From positions 32,001 to 96,000 of the forward strand of contig JAHLWP010000009.1 in assembly GCA_019057865.1 (NCBI GenBank): a DNA stretch of 64,000 bases, read 5' to 3'. The stretch is from Promethearchaeota archaeon. GTDB taxonomy: Archaea; Asgardarchaeota; Lokiarchaeia; Sigyniarchaeales; SOKP01. The position numbers and the translations under genes are program-made. Positions within the stretch are counted from its first letter, which is position 1. Each line of letters starts with the position of its first letter. Of this stretch, positions 20,085 through 28,919 are shown one piece after another. The notes under the pieces were generated by a model. That model was not told the origin of the DNA, did not search any database, and worked only from the letters and a program-made list of their open reading frames with translations.

Positions 20085-21134
20085 TTACATTTTAAATGGT
20101 AATTTTGTATTAGAAGGAATTGTATCGATGTATTTCTTTCTAAATTCTTCATTTAACATAGGGCATTCTTTTTTCACCCATTCTTCCCAAAACATTGGAT
20201 TGTCCCACATTCTATCTAAAATTGTTTTCAGAGGTTCTTCCCTGACGTTTCCGAAAGTAAGCGGCATAAAGCAACAAGGCTGGACATCGCCATAAGGTGA
20301 AATATAAAAATACAATTGATCTGCTACTCCCCTGCATTGGCTTGAAGTTTGGGTTTGAAAATAGAAATCACGACAAACATAGGGAAAATCTACAATTTTT
20401 CTAACTGTTCGCTCTTCTTCCTGTGTTAGTGCTACTTCAGGATGATATAGCCATCTTCCCGCGGGAGTAGGTAATAAATATCTTACTCCATTAGCTCCAA
20501 GATCTTTTGCCAATTGGATGACCTTTTCAAACTCCCCATTAGCTAAATTTTCCTTCGTTATATAAGTAGATAAAGTACATTTTAGTCTCGCATCAAGTGC
20601 ATTTTTTATACCTTGTACAGCTTTCTCAAAAGTCCCTTTCACACCTCGTAATTCATCGTGCATTTCTGGAATAGGACTATCGATACTTACATAGAGCATT
20701 TCTAAGCCGTGTTCTTTTAATTGTTTTGCGTAATCTCTCGTAATTTTTAATCCATTTGTATCACAGAAGACGTATACAGATCTCTCTGAAGCATACTTTA
20801 TTAATTCCATGATATCTGGTCTCATGGTTGGCTCACCACCAAAAAAGTTAACTACAAACGCTTTAGCTGATTGATCTAGCACATCCTTAATTTCATCCGT
20901 TGATAGCTCTCTATTTGGCTCATTTTCGTAACTACCGACACAACAATGTGGACATGTAAGTTGACAGTTATACGTTATACCAAACATGAGATAAAAGACA
21001 TCAGCTCCTCCTCTTACGCCTCCTCTTTCTTCATTAAACCACTTAGATATAAGTTCCTGGTTATAAGTTAATGGAATTTTATATTCTTCCCATAGATTAT
21101 CTTCTTCCGAAAATCTTTCATCTTCTATTTCCAT
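20085..21134 (-). CDS. Radical SAM protein with Twitch/SPASM domain
   Basis: CQLTCPHC, GGEP, SIDS, C...YISPYGDVQPC. Confidence 0.9.
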   Translation of the reverse strand: MEIEDERFSEEDNLWEEYKIPLTYNQELISKWFNEERGGVRGGADVFYLMFGITYNCQLTCPHCCVGSYENEPNRELSTDEIKDVLDQSAKAFVVNFFGGEPTMRPDIMELIKYASERSVYVFCDTNGLKITRDYAKQLKEHGLEMLYVSIDSPIPEMHDELRGVKGTFEKAVQGIKNALDARLKCTLSTYITKENLANGEFEKVIQLAKDLGANGVRYLLPTPAGRWLYHPEVALTQEEERTVRKIVDFPYVCRDFYFQTQTSSQCRGVADQLYFYISPYGDVQPCCFMPLTFGNVREEPLKTILDRMWDNPMFWEEWVKKECPMLNEEFRKKYIDTIPSNTKLPFKM

Positions 21135-21160
21135 TTATAATCCCACTATTTTTCTTTGGA

Positions 21161-21203
21161 ATAAAGATTGATAGGTGAATAGATGATATTAGACTTTATA
21201 AGG
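21161..21203 (-). promoter_or_regulatory. Promoter/5' leader copy 1 (duplicated at 22271..22313)
   Basis: 36/43 identical, ungapped, with 22271-22313; contains CTTATAAA TATA-like box on the minus strand. Confidence 0.65.
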
Positions 21204-21363
21204 ATGATTATTGATTTTATTAATTTATTAAATAAATCCAAAAAAAAGATTTTTAACTAGTTAATTACCTTAATTAAGATATATTTACTAATGATGTTAA
21301 GAAATGATGGATAGAGATAACCTCGAAGAATAACAATGCAAAAAATTAGAAAAAAAAAATTTC

Positions 21364-22245
21364 TTATAAACCTTTATAGATTTTGAAACCTTGGCTAAGC
21401 CAGTATGTAACTCCTTTAACTAGCATTTCAGGAAATTGCTCAAGAGTGGATTTAGGAATTAATTTTTCAAAAACATTTTCAATTAAATAGGGAACATCGT
21501 CCAAATGGTCTGTATTCTCTTCAAATGCTTTCCAATATAGCTCATAATTTGCTATAGATTCGTCAAGAATACTTTTAGCCTCCTCGTCATAAATATAACC
21601 AAAATGATCTAAACTCATAGTCTCATAATCAATTTTTTTAAGTTTATCGATTGCTTTAAGATAAGCCTCAAGATTCCATTTAGGGGGCAAAAATGGAGGG
21701 ACGAATACATTATCTTCAACTTTCATCCCAATTATATCTCCTACGAATAAATTTTTATTTTTTTCATCAAGGATGGAAATATCATCATTCATATGACCTG
21801 GTGTCTCAAAAATTTTCAATGTTATTCCATCTAAATCAACAGTATCACCTTCTTTAAGTGGTATAATATCATCTTCAATATTGTTGAAGGGACCAGACTC
21901 AAAAACGTCGTTAAAAGATTGATCCCTTAAGTTGGGAATTGCAGCTTCAGATGCATATATTTCAATTTCTTTTCCTAATTTCTTAGCTCTCTGGCTTAGA
22001 AAAGGTATTGCTTGAACATGATCCCAATGAGAATGGGTAATAATAATTATATCAGGGGGGAAAAAATTCAATCCTTTTAGCTTTTTAAGGGTTTTACGTG
22101 CTTCAATATGAGTTCCTGAATCTATTAAACATTTTTTTCCTGCTTCTATAAGATATATAGACATTATTCTTGGAATTCCCATCATCTCAGCGTCGATTAG
22201 TGTTGTATCCTCATTAACTTTTCCTGGTGTTCTATTAGCAGTCAT
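21364..22245 (-). CDS. Metallo-beta-lactamase-fold hydrolase
   Basis: THSHWDH, TPGH, VGD, DHFG. Confidence 0.9.
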   Translation of the reverse strand: MTANRTPGKVNEDTTLIDAEMMGIPRIMSIYLIEAGKKCLIDSGTHIEARKTLKKLKGLNFFPPDIIIITHSHWDHVQAIPFLSQRAKKLGKEIEIYASEAAIPNLRDQSFNDVFESGPFNNIEDDIIPLKEGDTVDLDGITLKIFETPGHMNDDISILDEKNKNLFVGDIIGMKVEDNVFVPPFLPPKWNLEAYLKAIDKLKKIDYETMSLDHFGYIYDEEAKSILDESIANYELYWKAFEENTDHLDDVPYLIENVFEKLIPKSTLEQFPEMLVKGVTYWLSQGFKIYKGL

Positions 22246-22270
22246 TAAATCATTTCACCTCTTTTCTTAA

Positions 22271-22313
22271 ATAAAGATGCATAGTTGAAAAGATTATATC
22301 AGAATTTATAAGG
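22271..22313 (-). promoter_or_regulatory. Promoter/5' leader copy 2
   Basis: Matches 21161-21203 at almost the same distance from its start codon. Confidence 0.65.
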
Positions 22314-22487
22314 CTAATTGTTATGAGAGAATATTAATAATTTTATGAGCTAATAAACTATTAAGATTTTTCTCTTAATGATGATTAATTATAACTTATC
22401 TGAAAGGCTCTTTTTTAATATTTAAGCGTTTTATTTAAATACTACCTTAATCTCAATTTAAATAGTTAATATTCTAGGTGGATACAA

Positions 22488-23237
22488 ATGAAAAATATGA
22501 TAGTTTGGGGTCATAGGGGTGCAGGATTAAGAGAAGTTGAAAATACATTAATATCGTTCAGAAAAGCTGTTGAAATGGGGGTTGATGGTATTAAAACAGA
22601 AGCTCAATTATCAAAAGATGGAGAAATAATCCTTCAATTCTTACCATTTCTAATAATCAATAACAATAAAATTTCGATTAAAGATTTAAATCTTGAAGAG
22701 ATTAAACAAGTTAAGCTGGAGAATGGTGATGAGATTCCTACCCTTCGTGAAATGTTTGAAGAATTTAAAAATACAATCGTGTATTGCTTTGACATAAAAG
22801 AGGTTGAAACAGGGATAAAAATAATAGATTTAGCAAAAGAATATGATCTTCTTGAAAAAATTGAAATTACTAAGCCAGCTACTCATACAGGCTCAATTGA
22901 TTCATTTTTTAAGCCATTGAGGGAGAAAAGCAGAGAAGTTACTTTAGTGATTTCTTTTTTTAATGATAAACAAATAATGGAAAACAATTATTCAGTGTTA
23001 AAAAAGTTAAAAGAACTAAATGTTCAAGTTGTAAATTTACTTCACCATCGATTTAATTTAGAAGTCTTCGAACAAGTAAAGAAAGCTGGCTTTAAATTTT
23101 ATCTCTGGGCCGTTCTTTTTAAATATTTTATGAAGAAGTACATTAATTTGAGTTACGATGGATATAAAATTGATGGAATCTTCACAAACTTTCCTGATAA
23201 ATTAGTAAACTTAAGAACAGAAGTTCAATACTTATAA
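22488..23237 (+). CDS. Glycerophosphodiester phosphodiesterase family protein (divergent)
   Basis: WGHRGA, ENTLISFRKA, DGIFTNFPD; usual E-x-D and H ligands appear altered (KTE, QF). Confidence 0.82.
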   Translation: MKNMIVWGHRGAGLREVENTLISFRKAVEMGVDGIKTEAQLSKDGEIILQFLPFLIINNNKISIKDLNLEEIKQVKLENGDEIPTLREMFEEFKNTIVYCFDIKEVETGIKIIDLAKEYDLLEKIEITKPATHTGSIDSFFKPLREKSREVTLVISFFNDKQIMENNYSVLKKLKELNVQVVNLLHHRFNLEVFEQVKKAGFKFYLWAVLFKYFMKKYINLSYDGYKIDGIFTNFPDKLVNLRTEVQYL

Positions 23238-23245
23238 GAAAAAAA

Positions 23246-24199
23246 TTATTCCTCTTTAATAGATTTTTGAATATATTCCTTCATTCCCTTTATGCTATTT
23301 GATATAAACTTTTTTTCTCTTTTTTTAATTTCTTCATCAAATAGGATTACATTAGCAAAATTCTTATCTTTTTTCATTAATTCTTTAATTACGTGATCCT
23401 CAAAATCCAATTGTTCTCTCTTGATTAACGTATTCTCTATAACTTGTTTCCATATTGTTAATTGTTCTTTTGCAATCTTAAGCATTTGCTCTGCATTATC
23501 TCTAATTCCGTAATGGGCATAACAAATCTTAACATCTGCCAAATTTAAGGAAAGTAGTTTGTCAAGTGAGGCTATAGCAATATCATAATTAAAGATGGGT
23601 GGAGTTGCTGGTCGAATGTAGAATTTATTTTGTATGGGAAAGTGAACGCCTGCTGCATCTCCAATAAATAAATATCTCTGAAAGAGGTAAGAAAGATGAT
23701 GTGATGCATGTCCTATGGTTTCGATTGCTTTTATTTCTTGTCTCCCAATATTTTCCTGAAATGTTATTTTATTTTCTGGTACTGGTATAATTTCACCATA
23801 CATATCTGCTACTTCACCTAGCACCTTCTTACTGGCATTCCATAAATTCTCGGGGTTAATAAGATGTTTCATGCCTCGTGGATGACATATAACATGAGCT
23901 CTTGGGAAAAAGGAAAGAAGTTTTCCTGTTCCTCCTGCATGATCAATGTGAATATGAGTTAAAAGAATGTAATTGAGATTCTTTTTAGTAATTCCAATGG
24001 ATGCTAACTTTTCCTTTAGAAAATATATTGTTGACGCTGGACCTGGATCTACTATAAAGCACAAATCTTTATCTTTATAGACCCAAGTACTTATAAAATT
24101 GCTAAAACCTGCTCTTGGTTGTTCTAGATCGATATGATAAAGAGAATCATCAACTTTTTTAACAGCCATAAATATCAAATTAAAATTTTCTAAACTCAA
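23246..24199 (-). CDS. Metallo-beta-lactamase-fold hydrolase
   Basis: THIHIDHAGG, GHASHH, GDAAG, AHYG. Confidence 0.9.
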   Translation of the reverse strand: MSLENFNLIFMAVKKVDDSLYHIDLEQPRAGFSNFISTWVYKDKDLCFIVDPGPASTIYFLKEKLASIGITKKNLNYILLTHIHIDHAGGTGKLLSFFPRAHVICHPRGMKHLINPENLWNASKKVLGEVADMYGEIIPVPENKITFQENIGRQEIKAIETIGHASHHLSYLFQRYLFIGDAAGVHFPIQNKFYIRPATPPIFNYDIAIASLDKLLSLNLADVKICYAHYGIRDNAEQMLKIAKEQLTIWKQVIENTLIKREQLDFEDHVIKELMKKDKNFANVILFDEEIKKREKKFISNSIKGMKEYIQKSIKEE

Positions 24200-24287
24200 A
24201 AATATGAGGAGGATAATTTAAGGAAAGATAAAAATCCAATGATAAGTAAATAAAGAACGATTAGAAAAAGATAAATGTCTGAGAGTT

Positions 24288-25559
24288 TTATTTAGAAATT
24301 TCTGCAGTCCGATAATCTACATTAGGAAGTTTTGCGATCGAGTAAGGAAGTGTTGCATCATCAGGAATCGGATCGATATAAAAATGACGGAATTTATGAT
24401 GCTGCATCCTGCAGAACGTACTTCGATGATTAAAGGCAGGATGCCTCGCCATCCTTATCCAGATCTTTTTTAGAGGCTCTTTGCGGATATTTCCAAAAGA
24501 AATGGGACAAAAATCACAAGGTGCAATATCTCCGTAAGCAGAAGCATAATACTGTATATTTGCTGCCAGACACCCAATACCTGCAAGATTTGCTTCTATA
24601 GAGTTTTGCCATGACTGAGAAGACAGAGGAGGAACAATCTTATTTTTGAATATATTAGCTGAAAATTCATATATTTCATCACGCAGCTTCCAAGTCAGCA
24701 ACTCGTCTATATTATGCAACATATTTCCTGTAGGGACACCATCAAAAAGAATTATGTTATGAACACCGAGTTTCTGACCAAGTTTATGTAGTTTTTTATA
24801 CATTCCCTGTTCTGTATTAGAACGAATGGCATAAGAAGAGAGACCAACAAATACTCCTTTTTCTTTCAATCTCTTAAGGCCCTTTATAGCCGCCTCATAA
24901 AGCCCTGGCACACCTCTCACACTATCATGTTCTTCAGGAATGGGACTATCAATACTTACAAAGATTGAATATAGACCTGCATCGACCAATTTTTGCACAT
25001 TTTCATCTGTGAGAAATTGTCCATTTGTAAACATAATAGGCATAGTCTTTCGCTTATCTACATATGAAATAAGTTCGAAAATATCATCTCTTAGCAAAGG
25101 TTCTCCTCCAGTGAAGGCCAAAATTGTCACACCAAGTTTTTGACTATCATCTATGAGTTTTTTTGCTTCTTCGGTAGTGAGTTCTTGTACATCTTTTCTT
25201 AAATGCTTTCCCGCACTACAATGAACGCACTTACACTGGCACCTATAAGTCACTGCGAAAGTCATTGCAATGGGAACGCGCCATGGTAATAAATGAGATT
25301 TTATTAACCCTCTAAATGCACGCAATTGTGGACGACTTCCAATAGGAGGCGCAAAGGTATTTGGAACTATTTTCCCTTTCCATCTTCCAAGATTATAATT
25401 TTTGTAAAATCCTGCTTGTAAAATAAGCATTACAAGTAGACGTAGTTTTTTAATGAGAGGATTTAAAATACCTGTACCAATAATCTCGCCATCGTCGAGC
25501 ATTTTGAAGCTTATGAGGTTTCTCCCAAATATTTTCAAAAATACTTGTTCTTTTTCCAT
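24288..25559 (-). CDS. Radical SAM protein with Twitch/SPASM domain, paralog of 20085..21134
   Basis: CQCKCVHC, TGGEP, SIDSPIPEEHD, GC...YGDIAPCDF. Confidence 0.9.
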   Translation of the reverse strand: MEKEQVFLKIFGRNLISFKMLDDGEIIGTGILNPLIKKLRLLVMLILQAGFYKNYNLGRWKGKIVPNTFAPPIGSRPQLRAFRGLIKSHLLPWRVPIAMTFAVTYRCQCKCVHCSAGKHLRKDVQELTTEEAKKLIDDSQKLGVTILAFTGGEPLLRDDIFELISYVDKRKTMPIMFTNGQFLTDENVQKLVDAGLYSIFVSIDSPIPEEHDSVRGVPGLYEAAIKGLKRLKEKGVFVGLSSYAIRSNTEQGMYKKLHKLGQKLGVHNIILFDGVPTGNMLHNIDELLTWKLRDEIYEFSANIFKNKIVPPLSSQSWQNSIEANLAGIGCLAANIQYYASAYGDIAPCDFCPISFGNIRKEPLKKIWIRMARHPAFNHRSTFCRMQHHKFRHFYIDPIPDDATLPYSIAKLPNVDYRTAEISK

Positions 25560-25849
25560 GGAAACACCAAATTTCTTTTAAGTATTTTACTATTCTAGCT
25601 AATTTATTAATCTTATTAAAACTTGTAAAAAAAATTAATAATTATTCAATAAATCTTTATTTGCCTAATATTAGCCCTAAAATATATTAAATGGCTTCTT
25701 AGAATATCAAATGGTATTATTTCAATGGAAATTTATTCATGATCTTTTTTAGTATTCCTTCTTAGTAAAAAAATTAAAATGTATCGGTCAATTTTTTCTT
25801 ATATTAATTCTTTTTTATTTTTTGATTTAAAATTAATCGTGTAAATACC

Positions 25850-26653
25850 ATGTCAATATTAGGAATAGATTATGATAAATGTAGTAATTGTGGAATCTGC
25901 TTAACTACATGTTTTATGTTTAGATGGGATAAAGAGCAAGAAAAAGTTATCTTTAGTGATTCTTATAACTTATGTAATTTATGTGCTCATTGTATTGCTA
26001 GGTGTCCTGAAGATGCTATTCAACATGAGGGTATAGGGGAGGCATTTGAATATGAAGGTGTTGCTAAACCTGAAACAATTGCCTCATACGATACTATTTA
26101 CAAATTTCTCAGAGCGAATAGGTCAGTTCGACTTTATAAAAAGAAAAAAGTACCACCTGAAATACTGAGGAAGGTTTTTCAAGCAATGGAGAATGCGCCT
26201 ACTGGAGATAATAGAAGAACAGAGAACTTTTCGATTATATCAAATACTGAGCAAATAAAAAAACTTTCTGATGCTATTCAAGAGGAATTATTAAATCATC
26301 CTTTAACAAAGGAAAGATACACACGAGTTTTTCGAATTCTTGGAAAAGTTTTCCGTAGTCCTATATTTTTTGATGCTCCGCATGTAATTTTCATAGATTC
26401 TCCCGAACATCATGAAGTAGAGGCAAATAACATAGGAATTATTATTACCTATGGAAGATTAGCTGCTCAAGCACTTGGCTTAGGTACATGTTGGAATGGT
26501 TGGTCACAAATTGCAATGAATTCTAACCCTGAAATTAAAAAGTTAGCTAATATTGATGGAAAAGGAATCGGGGCGTTCATTATAGGATATCCTGCTGTTA
26601 AATTTGTTCGTTCTCCACCACGTGCTCCAAAAGAAATTAAAGGTTTAGAGTAA
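25850..26653 (+). CDS. Ferredoxin-nitroreductase fusion, paralog of 13419..14231
   Basis: Two Fe-S motifs; shared IITYGRLAAQALGLGTCWNGW. Confidence 0.9.
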   Translation: MSILGIDYDKCSNCGICLTTCFMFRWDKEQEKVIFSDSYNLCNLCAHCIARCPEDAIQHEGIGEAFEYEGVAKPETIASYDTIYKFLRANRSVRLYKKKKVPPEILRKVFQAMENAPTGDNRRTENFSIISNTEQIKKLSDAIQEELLNHPLTKERYTRVFRILGKVFRSPIFFDAPHVIFIDSPEHHEVEANNIGIIITYGRLAAQALGLGTCWNGWSQIAMNSNPEIKKLANIDGKGIGAFIIGYPAVKFVRSPPRAPKEIKGLE

Positions 26654-26736
26654 AATTATCCCTCTATAAAAGCTAAGTAGATTGTAAGAGTTTTTCTCTT
26701 TTAGATCGAAATATTTATATATGAAAATATCATATA

Positions 26737-26765
26737 GTTCTATATAGAACAGTTCGATATGGAAC
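26737..26765. promoter_or_regulatory. Tandem GTTC-N6-GAAC operator (probable MarR site)
   Basis: GTTCTATATAGAAC (26737-26750, perfect palindrome) and GTTCGATATGGAAC (26752-26765) upstream of an operon ending in MarR. Confidence 0.6.
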
Positions 26766-26785
26766 AATATAAATAGATCAAAAAA

Positions 26786-26947
26786 ATGGATAAGACCAGA
26801 TATTCTTGTGAAAATATTTATTTTGAGTTTCTCAATAATGGAAGAACTCAGAAAGATGATGATGATGAAATAAGGAGAAAAAGAGTTTCTGAACTGTTTA
26901 AAAAAATTAGATACAATGTTAATGATAGAATAAGGTGTGAAAAATAG
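26786..26947 (+). CDS. Unannotated 53-aa ORF leading the flavin reductase operon
   Basis: MDKTRYSCENIYFEFLNNGRTQKDDDDEIRRKRVSELFKKIRYNVNDRIRCEK; fills the gap between operator and next gene. Confidence 0.55.
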   Translation: MDKTRYSCENIYFEFLNNGRTQKDDDDEIRRKRVSELFKKIRYNVNDRIRCEK

Positions 26948-27510
26948 AAAAGATAAAAACAGGAATGAAATTGCCCCTTTTACCATTGCCGGTATGTATA
27001 ATAGGGGCTCATGTTGATGGTAAACCAAATTTTAACACTATAGTTTGGTTTAACCTATTGAATTCTCCACCTTCTCAGATAGGAGTTGCAATGTCCAAAA
27101 GGCATTACACTAATAAGGGTATTAAGGAAAATGAAGCTTTTAGCATTAATATACCTTCTGCTGAAATGGTTACGGTAACCGACTATGTTGGTTTACATTC
27201 AGGTTCTAAGGTTGATAAGTCAGAAGTATTTGAAGTGTTTTATGGAGATCTTGAAAGGGCACCAATGATAAAAGATTGTCCTTTAAATATAGAGTGCAAA
27301 TTGGCAAGAGTAATAGAATTTGAAAGAACAGAATTATTTGTAGGGGAAATTGTTGAAGTTTACACAGAAGAGAAATACTTAACTGAAAATAAACCAGATT
27401 TTAACAAAATGAATTTATTTATATTTTTAATGCCTGAAGGTCCATATTTGAGAGTTGGAGAATATCTCGCAAAAGCGTATGATATAGGAAATAGCTATAA
27501 AAAAAAATAA
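26944..27510 (+). CDS. Flavin reductase-like (flavoredoxin) protein; probable ATA start at 26944 (first ATG 26965)
   Basis: GKPNF, HYTNKGI, FSINIP, APMIKDCPLNIEC; AGGTGTGA SD just before the in-frame ATA. Confidence 0.85.
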   Translation: MEKIKTGMKLPLLPLPVCIIGAHVDGKPNFNTIVWFNLLNSPPSQIGVAMSKRHYTNKGIKENEAFSINIPSAEMVTVTDYVGLHSGSKVDKSEVFEVFYGDLERAPMIKDCPLNIECKLARVIEFERTELFVGEIVEVYTEEKYLTENKPDFNKMNLFIFLMPEGPYLRVGEYLAKAYDIGNSYKKK

Positions 27511-27548
27511 TAAAAAATAGAAAAAAAAATAAAAAAGGGGATAGAATT

Positions 27549-27887
27549 ATGGATAAAATAATCGTATATTGTGGTCTTAATTGTGCCAAATGTCCTGCTT
27601 ATATAGCTACTCAAAAAGGAGATGAAGAAGAAATTAAAAGAATTGCTAAAGAATGGTCTGGTGAGACGATGTCTTTTAAACCGGAGGATATCTATTGTGA
27701 TGGTTGTAATATGGAAGGAAGAATTTTTAGTTGGAGTAATGAGTGTGATATAAGAAATTGTTGTATGGAGAAACAATATGAAAATTGTGCTTATTGCGAA
27801 GAGTACATCTGTGATAATTTAAAAAAGTGCTTTGAAAGAAGTCCTTCAGCTAAGCAAAATCTAGAGGAAATTAGGAAAAATATATAA
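27549..27887 (+). CDS. DUF3795-family Cys-rich protein
   Basis: YCGLNCAKCPAY, CDGC, CDIRNCC, NCAYC. Confidence 0.85.
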   Translation: MDKIIVYCGLNCAKCPAYIATQKGDEEEIKRIAKEWSGETMSFKPEDIYCDGCNMEGRIFSWSNECDIRNCCMEKQYENCAYCEEYICDNLKKCFERSPSAKQNLEEIRKNI

Positions 27888-27909
27888 GACCTATTGAGAG
27901 GTAATACAA

Positions 27910-28371
27910 ATGGAATTAGAAGAAGCAAAAAAGCAGAGTTTAGAATTAATAGAAATGTCCAAATCAGCATATCTTACAACAATTGATCCTGATGGTTTTC
28001 CTATAACGAGGGCAATGTTTAACCTTAGAAATAAGGAGCAATTCCCCGAATTTTCTGAATTTTTTCAAAAGCAAGAAAATAAATTTGCAATATATATTGG
28101 AACTAATACATCATCCTCCAAGGTTGCTCATATAAAGAACAATCCGAAAATTAGCGTTTACTATTGTGATCCAGAAGATTTTAAAGGAGTTATGTTTGGA
28201 GGATTAGTGGAAATCGTTGAGGACCAAAATCTTAAAAAGGCCATATGGCTTGATTGGTGGACAAGATATTATGTAAAAGGACCAAATGATCCAGATTACA
28301 CACTACTCGTATTAAATCCAAAACATGCCAGATTTTATTACAAATTAAATCTAGTTAATTTTAAATTATGA
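27910..28371 (+). CDS. Pyridoxamine-5'-phosphate oxidase-like / general stress protein
   Basis: LTTID.DGFP.TRAM, TNTSS.KV.HI..NP, GPNDPDY. Confidence 0.85.
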   Translation: MELEEAKKQSLELIEMSKSAYLTTIDPDGFPITRAMFNLRNKEQFPEFSEFFQKQENKFAIYIGTNTSSSKVAHIKNNPKISVYYCDPEDFKGVMFGGLVEIVEDQNLKKAIWLDWWTRYYVKGPNDPDYTLLVLNPKHARFYYKLNLVNFKL

Positions 28372-28829
28372 AGGAAACAATGAAACAACAAAGACAGGGC
28401 GGCTTTCTGATATCTAAAATTCATCAAATATCTCAGAGAATTTTTGCCAGGGTTCTAAAGAATCATAAACTCGATGAATTTAACCCTGCTCAAGGGAGAA
28501 TTATGTTTGTACTTTGGCAGAAAGATAATATACCAATTCATGAACTTGTCGAAAGAACTCAATATAGTAAATCTACTTTAACTTCGATGTTGGATAACCT
28601 AGAAAAAGCTGGATTTATAAAACGTGTTTCATCAAAAGAAGATAGGCGAGAAATTCTAATTGCCTTAACAGAAAAGGATAGATTATTACAAGATAAATAT
28701 ATAGATATTTCTCGTGAAATGGGAAAATTTTACTACAATAGATTTAGTGATAAGGAAATAGATGACTTCGAAAATTACTTAGAAAGAATATTAGAAAATC
28801 TAATAGATTACGATACAAAACACAAATAA
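28368..28829 (+). CDS. MarR-family regulator
   Basis: AQGRIMFVLW, KSTLTSMLDNLE..G.I.R, DRRE. Confidence 0.92.
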   Translation: MKETMKQQRQGGFLISKIHQISQRIFARVLKNHKLDEFNPAQGRIMFVLWQKDNIPIHELVERTQYSKSTLTSMLDNLEKAGFIKRVSSKEDRREILIALTEKDRLLQDKYIDISREMGKFYYNRFSDKEIDDFENYLERILENLIDYDTKHK

Positions 28830-28919
28830 ACGAAGTTAATCAATTAAAATCTAATAAATAAAAATATTAAAAATTCAAAATTTACTATTTTTTTTTCAAA
28901 GAGTTATAGAAATACAACA

